Below are positions 56,746 to 64,000 of a stretch of 64,000 nt of DNA, piece after piece. Where the stretch lies: the NCBI GenBank assembly GCA_018971685.1, contig JAGXAG010000005.1, positions 1,842 to 65,841 of the forward strand, in the 5' to 3' direction. The first letter of the stretch is position 1, and each line of letters opens with the position of its first letter. The translations under genes were made by a program, and so were the position numbers. Source of the DNA: Patescibacteria group bacterium. GTDB taxonomy: Bacteria > Patescibacteriota > Minisyncoccia > Phycocordibacterales > PALSA-1337. Under the pieces are notes generated by a model that was given only the letters and a program-made list of their open reading frames with translations, was not told where the DNA came from and did not search any database.

Positions 56746-56957
56746 CGTGTTTTTCGGCACCCTTGTCGTGCAAAGCCGATTCATACTATAATAATTTCAG
56801 ATTGCACCAAGTGACGGCCGCGGCTGTACTCACATATATTTAGACATTATATTTTGGAGCTCACACCCGCGGCCATCATTTGGCGCAAAGACAATTGAAT
56901 ATTGAACAAATTTAATATTGAGAATTGGCGATTGTGGATCGGCGCAGTCTTTAATTT

Positions 56958-58160
56958 TTGATGAAGATATCGAAAAATATTCTCTTGGCGCAATATACGA
57001 CTTTCAAGATCGGCGGCCCGGCGCGCTTTTTCTGCGCAGTTGCGGATGAAAAAGAGTTGGTTGAAGCGGTCAAATTCGCCAAAGAAAAAAGTCTCAGGAT
57101 TTTCGTCCTGGGCGGCGGGTCGAACATTTTGGTTTCCGATGACGGTTTCAGCGGATTGGTCATAAAAAACGAGATGAAAGGCGTCGGCGGCGGTAATAAT
57201 TTTTATTTCAAGACGGATGAGGAAGCCGGAAACGCTCTCGGTGGCGGTAACAGTATCGACAATGAATCGATCGCGGCCGCGGCAGGGGAAATCTGGGACG
57301 ATCTGGTCAAATATACCGTTGAGAGAAATCTGGCTGGCATAGAAAATTTGTCGGGGATACCGGGTACCGTCGGCGCCGCGCCGGTGCAAAACATCGGCGC
57401 TTACGGCACCGATGCGGCCCAGACGATCGAAACAGTAAGAGTGCTTGATTTAAACAGCATGAAATTCAAGGAGCTGACAAACAAAGAATGCGAATTTGGT
57501 TACAGGGATAGTATTTTCAAGAAACAAAAAGGGCGGTATATCGTCACGGCGGTTTCATTCCGGCTCAAAAAGGGCGGCCGGGCCAATATTGACTATGCTG
57601 ATCTGCAGGAATATTTCGGCCGCAAACAAGCCCGGAATCCCATGCCGAAAACGGCCAAACTGCCGATTTTCAATCCGAAACGGTCAAGCGCCGACGGTTC
57701 CGGCGGCGCGATTGCCGGAATACACGCCGCCGCGGGCGGGTTTGATGAGCCGCTGAAGTTCGAGCCGAGCATCGTCGATGTGCGTGATGCGGTTGTGGAA
57801 ATTCGCCGGAATAAATTGCCGGATTGGACGCATTGGGGAACAGCCGGATCGTATTTCAAGAATCCGGTAGTGGACGAGGCCAAGTGCCGAGAATTGACGA
57901 ACAAATTTCCGGGAATTGTCTGTTTTCGCGAAAGCGCCGGCATGCACAAATTTTCGTTAGGATGGATCATCGACAAAATCTGCCACATGAAAGGCGTTAC
58001 CGTCGGCAATGTCGGCACGCACGATCGCCAAGCGCTCGTTCTGATCGCCAAGCCAGGCGCTTCCGCCAAAGAAGTAGTGGCATTGTCGGAAAACATCATG
58101 CGGCGCGTGCGCGAAGAAACCGGCCTTGAGATCGAGATGGAGGTGGAGTGGGTGAATTGA
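56958..58160 (+). CDS. murB: UDP-N-acetylenolpyruvoylglucosamine reductase MurB, with ~50-aa Gly/Ala-rich insert
   Basis: LAQYTTFKIGGPARFF, RIFVLGGGSNILVSD and GTAGSYFKNPVV. Insert ...KRSSADGSGGAIAGIHAAAGGFDEP... Confidence 0.85.
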   Translation: MMKISKNILLAQYTTFKIGGPARFFCAVADEKELVEAVKFAKEKSLRIFVLGGGSNILVSDDGFSGLVIKNEMKGVGGGNNFYFKTDEEAGNALGGGNSIDNESIAAAAGEIWDDLVKYTVERNLAGIENLSGIPGTVGAAPVQNIGAYGTDAAQTIETVRVLDLNSMKFKELTNKECEFGYRDSIFKKQKGRYIVTAVSFRLKKGGRANIDYADLQEYFGRKQARNPMPKTAKLPIFNPKRSSADGSGGAIAGIHAAAGGFDEPLKFEPSIVDVRDAVVEIRRNKLPDWTHWGTAGSYFKNPVVDEAKCRELTNKFPGIVCFRESAGMHKFSLGWIIDKICHMKGVTVGNVGTHDRQALVLIAKPGASAKEVVALSENIMRRVREETGLEIEMEVEWVN

Positions 58161-58237
58161 CGAGGTTAGTCCTCGAGGACTAACCTCGAAGCGAAAGTAT
58201 GTTATAGTAGCGATTACCGAGATCGAATCTCGGCACT

Positions 58238-61200
58238 ATGTCATTTTTCGGCAAATTATTGGGCAATACGCAACATACGCAGAGCGTCAAACACTTCGAG
58301 CCTTTAGTAGCGAAAATCAACGCGCTTGAGGAATCTTTTAAGGCGCTTTCGGACCAAGAATTAAAGGCGAAGACGGTTGAATTTCGCAGGCGTTTGGGGG
58401 TAGCGCCATCGGTTTCGCCGCTTCCTGCAGTTGCAGAGGGTGCTCCTATGCAAGCCTCTGTAGAGGCCGTCATCCCCGGTGACATCCTGTCCGAAGCCTT
58501 TGCCGCCGTGCGCGAGGCGGCCAGGAGAACGCTTGGCCAGAGGCATTTTGATGTGCAGCTTATAGGCGGCATGGTCCTCGATTCCGGAGCGATCGCGGAG
58601 ATGAGGACCGGCGAAGGCAAAACGCTCGTAGCGACCTTGTCGGCGTATTTGAATGCTCTTTCCGGCAAAGGCGTCCACATTGTCACTGTCAACGATTATC
58701 TTTCCCGCCGAGATGCTGTGTGGATGGGGCAGATTTACGATTTTCTAGGTTTGACTGTAGGAGTAATAAACCATGAAGCCAGCTTTCTGTACGATTCGAG
58801 CATCGCGCCCCAAGGTGCAGCGGGAACGGATTCTGGACCCTCTTCGGAGGCGGGGGGTGTACCAACTTCACCTACCTCGTACTCCCCGCCGAGAAAAGAC
58901 GGCGCCGGCGGGCGTTCCGTTGTTCCGCCGGCGACGATCGTGGGTGAAGAACCCGTTCCCGCGAAGCCGACAGGACGCGATACCGATGTTCGTGTCGACC
59001 ATAAACTCGACAAGGAGCGTGACGATGTTGGCGCGTTCAAGGTCGTCCACGAATTTTTGCGGCCGTGTACCCGCCGTGAAGCCTATGCCGCCGATATCAC
59101 CTACGGCACCAACAACGAATTTGGCTTCGACTATCTGCGCGACAACCTCGAATATTCTCCGGCCGCTTTGCGCCAACGGCCATTCAACTACGCCATAGTC
59201 GACGAAATCGACTCCATCTTGATCGACGAGGCGCGTACGCCCTTGATCATCTCCGCGCCATCGCGCGACGCCGAGAGCACTTACAAACAGTTCGCCGCGC
59301 TTGTTGTTTCATTCAAGGAAAATGAAGACTATGAAAAAGACGAGAAGAGAAAAGCCATATCGCTTTTGCCGGCCGGCATAGAGAAAGCCGAGAAAGCGCT
59401 CGGCATCGACAATATTTACACCAATGCCGGCATAAAATATGTGCACCATTTGGAGACGGCGGTCAGAGCCAAAGCGCTGTTTAAGCGCGACAAAGAATAT
59501 GTCGTCAAGGACAACCAGATAGTGATCGTCGATGAATTCACCGGCCGATTGCAGCCCGGACGAAGATGGTCGGAAGGATTGCACCAGGCCATCGAAGCCA
59601 AAGAAGGCGTGGTGATACAGCAGGAGTCCAGGACTTACGCCACGATCACATTCCAAAATTTCTTCCGCATGTATCCGAAGCTTTCCGGCATGACCGGCAC
59701 GGCGGCAACTTCCAGCGAAGAATTTTATAAAGTCTACGGCTTGGATGTGTATATGGTGCCGCCGAATGTGCCGGTGGTGCGCGCCGATAAGAACGACCAA
59801 ATATTCAGGACCGAGCCGGGCAAATTCAAGGCCATTGCCAGGAAAGTGAAAGAACTGCACGACAAGGGCCAGCCGGTTCTGATCGGCACGGTGTCGATCG
59901 AGCGCAACGAGCTCTTGTCACAATTCTTGAAAGCCGAAGGCATACCGCATACGATGTTGAATGCCAAGCCGGAATATGCCGAGCGCGAAGGCGAAACGGT
60001 GGCGCAGGCGGGCAAGAAAGGCGCGGTCACGATCGCGACCAACATGGCGGGCCGCGGCGTGGACATCAAGCTCGGCGGCAATCCGAATACCAAGGAAGCG
60101 TATGAAGAAGTAAAACGCCTGGGCGGGCTTTTCGTCTTGGGCACGGAAAGGCACGAAGCGCGGCGCATCGACAATCAGCTTCGCGGGCGATCGGGCAGGC
60201 AGGGCGATCCGGGCGAGACGCAATTCTTCGTTTCGTTGGAAGACACGCTGATGCGAGTGTTCGCGTCGGATACCTTGAAGTCGATGATGGGGCGCCTGGG
60301 CATGGCGGAAGACGAGCCGATCGAGCATCGGCTGATTTCTAAGGCGTTGGAGAGCGCGCAGGAGAAAATAGAGGGTTTCAATTTCGATTCGCGCAAGCAT
60401 GTGCTGGAATTTGACGATGTGATCAATACGCAACGCTCGAGTGTGTATTCGAGGCGCAGGAGATTGCTCTTGGGCAATGTTGACGATGTGGAAAAAGAGC
60501 TGTTTGAGATTTTGGGCTTGAATGACACCGCCGCCTCGCCGGACGGAACATTCTCGGCCGCGAGTCTGCGGGACTCGCGTCGTGAAATTGCAAGGTTTTC
60601 CGGCTCGACAGCGCGACCGGAAAACCTTGCAATTTCAACGCCGCTCAAACAGAGTCCTCGCCTCGCGGCCGAGAATGTTCCGTCCGGCGAGGCGGCGGCT
60701 GACGCGATTGATGGAAATTCTCCCTTTGGAAAAGGGGGTGCTCCGGAGCGAAGCGGAGGGGCGGGGGATTTTGAGTCGGTAATTCAAAAGAAAATCTCCG
60801 AATTCGGACGCGATAACTTCTTGAATGCGGCGCGAATAATATTACTGCAGACGATTGACATGTACTGGGTGGAGCATCTGGAGGTGATGGATTACACCAG
60901 GGGCAGCGTGAATTTGCGGGCGTACGGGCAGAGGGATCCATTGGTGGAATACAAAAAGGAGGGTTTGCGGCTGTTTCGGGAAATGCAAAACGCCGTGCGC
61001 GAGCAGGTTGTGCGCATTTTGCCGAACATCGTGCCGGTCATTCAGGGCCAGGCGGCGCAAAACATTTCATCGAACGCCGCGCCGAAGAATTCGGTTCTAA
61101 CTCCCGAAATGCGCGAAGTGCACGAAAACGCGCGAATCATCGGATCGCAAGACGGCTCCGGCAAAGCGGTTCAGTCTGCCAAAAAGGAGCCGCAGTTTGG

Positions 61201-61267
61201 CCGGAATGATCCCTGCTGGTGCGGCAGTGGGAAAAAGTACAAGAAGTGCCATGGGAAGAATGTCTAA
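58238..61267 (+). CDS. secA: Preprotein translocase ATPase SecA with C-terminal zinc-binding tail and two repeat-element-derived inserts
   Basis: LHAMRTGEGKTLVATL (Walker A) and VTIATNMAGRGVDIKLGG (motif VI); the C-terminus is CWCGSGKKYKKCHG. Foreign inserts at 58881-58958 and 60528-60698. Confidence 0.97.
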   Translation: MSFFGKLLGNTQHTQSVKHFEPLVAKINALEESFKALSDQELKAKTVEFRRRLGVAPSVSPLPAVAEGAPMQASVEAVIPGDILSEAFAAVREAARRTLGQRHFDVQLIGGMVLDSGAIAEMRTGEGKTLVATLSAYLNALSGKGVHIVTVNDYLSRRDAVWMGQIYDFLGLTVGVINHEASFLYDSSIAPQGAAGTDSGPSSEAGGVPTSPTSYSPPRKDGAGGRSVVPPATIVGEEPVPAKPTGRDTDVRVDHKLDKERDDVGAFKVVHEFLRPCTRREAYAADITYGTNNEFGFDYLRDNLEYSPAALRQRPFNYAIVDEIDSILIDEARTPLIISAPSRDAESTYKQFAALVVSFKENEDYEKDEKRKAISLLPAGIEKAEKALGIDNIYTNAGIKYVHHLETAVRAKALFKRDKEYVVKDNQIVIVDEFTGRLQPGRRWSEGLHQAIEAKEGVVIQQESRTYATITFQNFFRMYPKLSGMTGTAATSSEEFYKVYGLDVYMVPPNVPVVRADKNDQIFRTEPGKFKAIARKVKELHDKGQPVLIGTVSIERNELLSQFLKAEGIPHTMLNAKPEYAEREGETVAQAGKKGAVTIATNMAGRGVDIKLGGNPNTKEAYEEVKRLGGLFVLGTERHEARRIDNQLRGRSGRQGDPGETQFFVSLEDTLMRVFASDTLKSMMGRLGMAEDEPIEHRLISKALESAQEKIEGFNFDSRKHVLEFDDVINTQRSSVYSRRRRLLLGNVDDVEKELFEILGLNDTAASPDGTFSAASLRDSRREIARFSGSTARPENLAISTPLKQSPRLAAENVPSGEAAADAIDGNSPFGKGGAPERSGGAGDFESVIQKKISEFGRDNFLNAARIILLQTIDMYWVEHLEVMDYTRGSVNLRAYGQRDPLVEYKKEGLRLFREMQNAVREQVVRILPNIVPVIQGQAAQNISSNAAPKNSVLTPEMREVHENARIIGSQDGSGKAVQSAKKEPQFGRNDPCWCGSGKKYKKCHGKNV
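58881..58958. repeat. Family-B GC-rich repeat, in-frame copy in secA
   Basis: ACTCCCCGCCGAGAAAAGACGGCGCCGGCGGGCGTTCCGTTGTTCCGCC...CGTGGGTGAAGAACCCGTTCC; flanked by GCGGGAACGG (58819-58828) / CCGTTCCCGC (58953-58962). Confidence 0.55.
60528..60698. repeat. Family-A hairpin element, in-frame copy inside secA (about 37-bp perfect terminal inverted repeat)
   Basis: CCGCCGCCTCGCCGGACGGAACATTCTCGGCCGCGAG (60528-60564) is the reverse complement of 60662-60698. Inner stem ATTGCAAGGTTTTCCGG/CCGGAAAACCTTGCAAT with the same loop CTCGACAGCGCGA as the 32329 copy. Encodes ...SAASLRDSRREIARFSGSTARPENLAISTPLKQSPRLAAENVPSGEAAA... Confidence 0.7.
60714..60742. repeat. Family-C small hairpin element, in-frame copy in secA (inverted relative to 55184-55213)
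   Basis: GAAATTCTCCCTTTGGAAAAGGGGGTGCT versus reverse complement of 55184-55213 GAATTCCCCCTTTGCAAAAGGGGGTGCC. Confidence 0.5.
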
Positions 61268-61412
61268 ATCAAAAATAAAAATAGCTGAAGAAATCTTGTC
61301 GCATTTCTGTTGCGGCTTCTGCGGCAAATGGTGGACGATCGGGGACGCGCCGAAAAAGAGGAAGATGTGGTTTTGTCCGTGGTGTGGCAAGAAGACTGAT
61401 TTTACGAAATGA
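61260..61412 (+). CDS. Small C4 zinc-ribbon protein (50 aa)
   Basis: MSKSKIKIAEEILSHFCCGFCGKWWTIGDAPKKRKMWFCPWCGKKTDFTK; ATG at 61260 overlaps the secA stop (61265-61267). Confidence 0.45.
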   Translation: MSKSKIKIAEEILSHFCCGFCGKWWTIGDAPKKRKMWFCPWCGKKTDFTK

Positions 61413-61437
61413 CCGGGGCGTGTTATGATGCTGGCAA

Positions 61438-62505
61438 ATGAATTCGCGCATTTCGTCGTACTTTTTCTTCATATTATTACTCCTCGCAGCGATCGCGGCG
61501 GTTTTCATATTCTTGCCTTTTTTGACTCCGCTCGTGCTCGGCGCGGCGGCGGCGGTCGTGGCGCACCCGATATACAGGGGAGTCGGCAGAATGCTCGGCG
61601 TCAGGGGGCAGAGAAGCAATTTGGCGGCTTTGATCACGGTCATACTGGTATTGGTCATCGTGCTCGTTCCGTTATTCTTGGTTATCGGCAACATGTATTC
61701 GGAAGTGCAATCGCTCTACGCGTCGCTCACCGACGAGGGCGGGCGTTCGCAGACGATCACGACACTGAATAATTTCTCGCAAAAATTATCCGATGCCGTT
61801 TTCGGAGTTTTCCCGGCGTACAGTTTCGACAACTTGAATGTTACCGACTATATCAAGAGCGCGCTCGAATGGGTGTTCGCCAACCTCGACACGATCGTCG
61901 GCGGACTCATCAAGGTTGCCGGTTACGCCTTCATTTTCCTGGTGTCGCTATTTTATTTTCTGCGCGACGGGGAACTGTTCAAGCGGCGGTTTATCGCTTG
62001 GAGTCCGCTTTTGGACGACCGAGATGAATATATCACGCGCACGATGAGGCGCGCGGTCTTCTCGGTTTTTGCCGGAACTTTGGCTGTTTCCGTCATCCAG
62101 GGCGCACTGACCGGATTGGGGTTCTACCTTTTTCATATACCTGCGCCGGTCGTTTGGGGCAGTGCCGCATCGGTAGCTTCGATGATACCGGGCATAGGCA
62201 CCAGCTTGATCATTGTTCCCGGCATTGTTTATCTCGTCATTACCGGACAGTATCTTTATGGCATAGGTCTGGCAATCTGGGGAATATTCGCTGTCGGATT
62301 GGTGGATAATTTTCTCGGGCCGCATTTGGTCAACAAGGGAGTCAATGCGCACCCGTTCCTCATCTTGATATCAGTTTTGGGCGGAATCGCAACATTCGGA
62401 CCGATCGGATTTGTTTTGGGACCGCTAATTTTGGCGTTTTTGTTCGCATTGCTGGATATTTATAAAGTTTCATTTGCGGATAAAAATAATAAAGAGCGAG
62501 AATAA
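61438..62505 (+). CDS. AI-2E family transporter (PerM/UPF0118)
   Basis: 8 TM helices; ...LDDRDEYITRTMRRAVFSVFAGTLAVSVIQGALTGLGFYLFHIPAPVVWG... is typical of this family. Confidence 0.75.
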   Translation: MNSRISSYFFFILLLLAAIAAVFIFLPFLTPLVLGAAAAVVAHPIYRGVGRMLGVRGQRSNLAALITVILVLVIVLVPLFLVIGNMYSEVQSLYASLTDEGGRSQTITTLNNFSQKLSDAVFGVFPAYSFDNLNVTDYIKSALEWVFANLDTIVGGLIKVAGYAFIFLVSLFYFLRDGELFKRRFIAWSPLLDDRDEYITRTMRRAVFSVFAGTLAVSVIQGALTGLGFYLFHIPAPVVWGSAASVASMIPGIGTSLIIVPGIVYLVITGQYLYGIGLAIWGIFAVGLVDNFLGPHLVNKGVNAHPFLILISVLGGIATFGPIGFVLGPLILAFLFALLDIYKVSFADKNNKERE

Positions 62506-62507
62506 AG

Positions 62508-62548
62508 AAATTATAAACAATTAGTAAATCGTAAATTGTTTATAATTT
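62508..62548. promoter_or_regulatory. Perfect 15-bp inverted repeat AAATTATAAACAATT-N11-AATTGTTTATAATTT embedding TATAAT 8 nt upstream of the obg ATG
   Basis: Same arm sequences as the rpoB-upstream repeat at 9199-9262. TATAAT at 62541-62546. Confidence 0.45.
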
Positions 62549-62554
62549 ACTCAA

Positions 62555-63592
62555 ATGTCATTCATCGACGAAATAACTTTCCATGCATCAGCCGGCCGCG
62601 GCGGCAATGGGGTTGTCCGCTGGCGTCATGAGAAGGCGAAAGAATTCGCCGGCGCGGCGGGAGGCAACGGCGGCCGAGGCGGTTCGGTATTCGTGCGCGC
62701 GGTTAGGGATATCAATATCCTCTCGCGGCACAAAACGACCAAAAACTTCAGGGCGGGGAACGGGGAAGACGGCATGGGTCTTTCCAAGCACGGCAAGAAT
62801 GGCGAGGACTTTTTCATAGACTTGCCGATCGGTTCGATCGCCGTCAATCGCGAAACCGGACGGACGGTGGAATTGCTCGAAGAAGGCCAGACGATATTGA
62901 TCCTTCACGGCGGGCGAGGCGGACTGGGCAATGAGCACTTCAAAGCATCGACCAATGTTAAGCCTGAACAGTCGACAAATGGAATGCCCGGCGAAGAAGC
63001 CGACTTTACCGTCGAGCTGAACTTGATCGCCGATATCGGACTGGTCGGTTTGCCCAATGCCGGCAAATCGAGTTTGCTCAATGCTATGACCGGCGCGCGC
63101 GCCAAAGTCGCCTCCTACGCTTTCACCACCCTCGATCCCAATCTCGGAGTCTTGCCGGGCGGCTTTATCGTCGCTGACATTCCCGGCCTCATCGAAGGCG
63201 CCGCCGAAGGCAAAGGCCTCGGCGACAAATTCTTGCGGCACATAAAACGCACCAAGATGATCATGCACCTGATCTCCCTCGAAGAAAGCAATAATATCTC
63301 CAATAAAACTGTGGATAACTCGTATCGCGTAATTCGTCGCGAGTTGGAAAAATTCGGTAACGGTCTTGCCGACAAGCGCGAAATAATTGTCCTGACAAAA
63401 ACCGATCTCGCTAGCCCAGAAGAGGTTGCAGCCGCCGAAGCAACATTACTAAAGTATAATAAAGAAATATCAAAGGTTACTATTCTGGACGACTATTCCG
63501 TTAAGAAATTGACCGAAGCCGTCATCAAGAAGGTCTCGGTCACCGGTCCGACCGGTGCCACCGGTCCGACCGGTGTTTGCGCGGGCGTATAA
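62555..63592 (+). CDS. obg: GTPase Obg/CgtA with C-terminal GPTG tandem motif
   Basis: MSFIDEITFHASAGRGGNGVVRWRHEKAKEFAGAAGGNGGRGGSV (Obg fold), GLVGLPNAGKSSLLNAMT (G1) and DIPGLIEGA (G3). The C-terminus VSVTGPTGATGPTGVCAGV is encoded by a tandem CACCGGTCCGACCGGTG motif. Confidence 0.9.
   Translation: MSFIDEITFHASAGRGGNGVVRWRHEKAKEFAGAAGGNGGRGGSVFVRAVRDINILSRHKTTKNFRAGNGEDGMGLSKHGKNGEDFFIDLPIGSIAVNRETGRTVELLEEGQTILILHGGRGGLGNEHFKASTNVKPEQSTNGMPGEEADFTVELNLIADIGLVGLPNAGKSSLLNAMTGARAKVASYAFTTLDPNLGVLPGGFIVADIPGLIEGAAEGKGLGDKFLRHIKRTKMIMHLISLEESNNISNKTVDNSYRVIRRELEKFGNGLADKREIIVLTKTDLASPEEVAAAEATLLKYNKEISKVTILDDYSVKKLTEAVIKKVSVTGPTGATGPTGVCAGV
63541..63575. repeat. Family-D motif CACCGGTCCGACCGGTG in direct tandem (x2) at the obg 3' end
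   Basis: CACCGGTCCGACCGGTGCCACCGGTCCGACCGGTG; the same motif forms the 48-bp palindrome at 33875-33922. Confidence 0.6.
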
Positions 63593-63653
63593 TTCGTGTT
63601 AAAAAAACGAGTTTTTTGCTTGCGTCAATGGAAACCGATGCTAGACTGTGCGC

Positions 63654-64000
63654 ATGGAATATTTGCCGACCATCGGGCTCGAAATCCACGCGGAATTGGC
63701 GACCGCTTCGAAGATGTTTTGTTCCTGCAAAAACGATCCCGACGAAGAATGCTCGAATACAAATGTTTGTCCGATCTGTCTCGGACACCCCGGCACTTTG
63801 CCGGTGTTAAATCGCGAAGCCATAGGCAAAGTGCTTTCGATCGGCGTCGCCGTGAATGGAACGCCGGCTGATTTTACCGAATGGGACCGCAAACAATATT
63901 TCTATCCGGATATTCCGAAAGGTTACCAGATCAGCCAATACGCGTATCCGTTGGTCTCGGGCGGCGCGTTAGCCGGCGTCGAGCTCGAACGGATTCATCT
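63654..64000 (+). CDS. gatB: Asp/Glu-tRNA amidotransferase subunit B (GatB), 3'-truncated by window end
   Basis: MEYLPTIGLEIHAEL...FCSC...CPICLGHPGTLPVLN...WDRKQYFYPDIPKGYQISQ; the ORF runs off the window end. Confidence 0.85.
   Translation, partial: MEYLPTIGLEIHAELATASKMFCSCKNDPDEECSNTNVCPICLGHPGTLPVLNREAIGKVLSIGVAVNGTPADFTEWDRKQYFYPDIPKGYQISQYAYPLVSGGALAGVELERIH

Noticed and set aside
63541-63580. Short GC-rich direct repeats (CACCGGTCCGACCGGTG x2) considered as a possible CRISPR array.
   Set aside because: There are only two adjacent copies with no spacers, inside the obg coding sequence. No cas genes or repeat-spacer architecture occur anywhere in the window.

Overview
This 64-kb window looks like a piece of a small-genome Patescibacteria/CPR-type bacterium. 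That is an inference from an insertion-bearing 16S gene that is not linked to a 23S gene, from the gene content, and from many lineage-atypical inserts in conserved proteins. In order, the window holds: the 3' end of secF and a small basic ORF; an ORF6N/KilA-N-like gene; a 16S rRNA gene (about 1784-3722) with a ~330-nt V2-region insertion, then a terminator, a degenerate 5' half-copy of a tRNA-Leu gene, tRNA-Leu(CAG) and tRNA-Ile(GAT), but no 23S gene; pyk; rpsP, a KH-domain protein gene and trmD; rpoB-rpoC-dnaG; radC; murD; a minus-strand cell-wall-peptide module (PLP enzyme, Mpl/MurC-like ligase, Bpt-like aminoacyl-tRNA transferase, mraY, a cytoplasmic NlpC/P60 peptidase, an ATP-grasp ligase) with a convergent LysW-like zinc-ribbon ORF; rsmI; a soluble VirD4/TraD-like ATPase; a ~23-kb ABC-transporter-dependent glycan cluster (about 10 glycosyltransferases including a GT11 fucosyltransferase and a GT9, two epimerases, four methyltransferases, a deacetylase, Wzm/Wzt, and a Wzy_C/O-antigen-ligase-TPR protein); murB; secA; an AI-2E transporter; obg; and the start of gatB. 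The most unusual feature is a family of hairpin elements ('family A') with 32-37-bp perfect inverted-repeat arms that differ between copies, around a conserved core showing compensatory base changes. One copy is intergenic (7534-7695) and two are in-frame inside the T4CP-like gene and inside secA. Further GC-rich palindromic motif families (B, C, D) are also inserted in-frame in conserved genes. No CRISPR array, transposase or integrase gene was seen.
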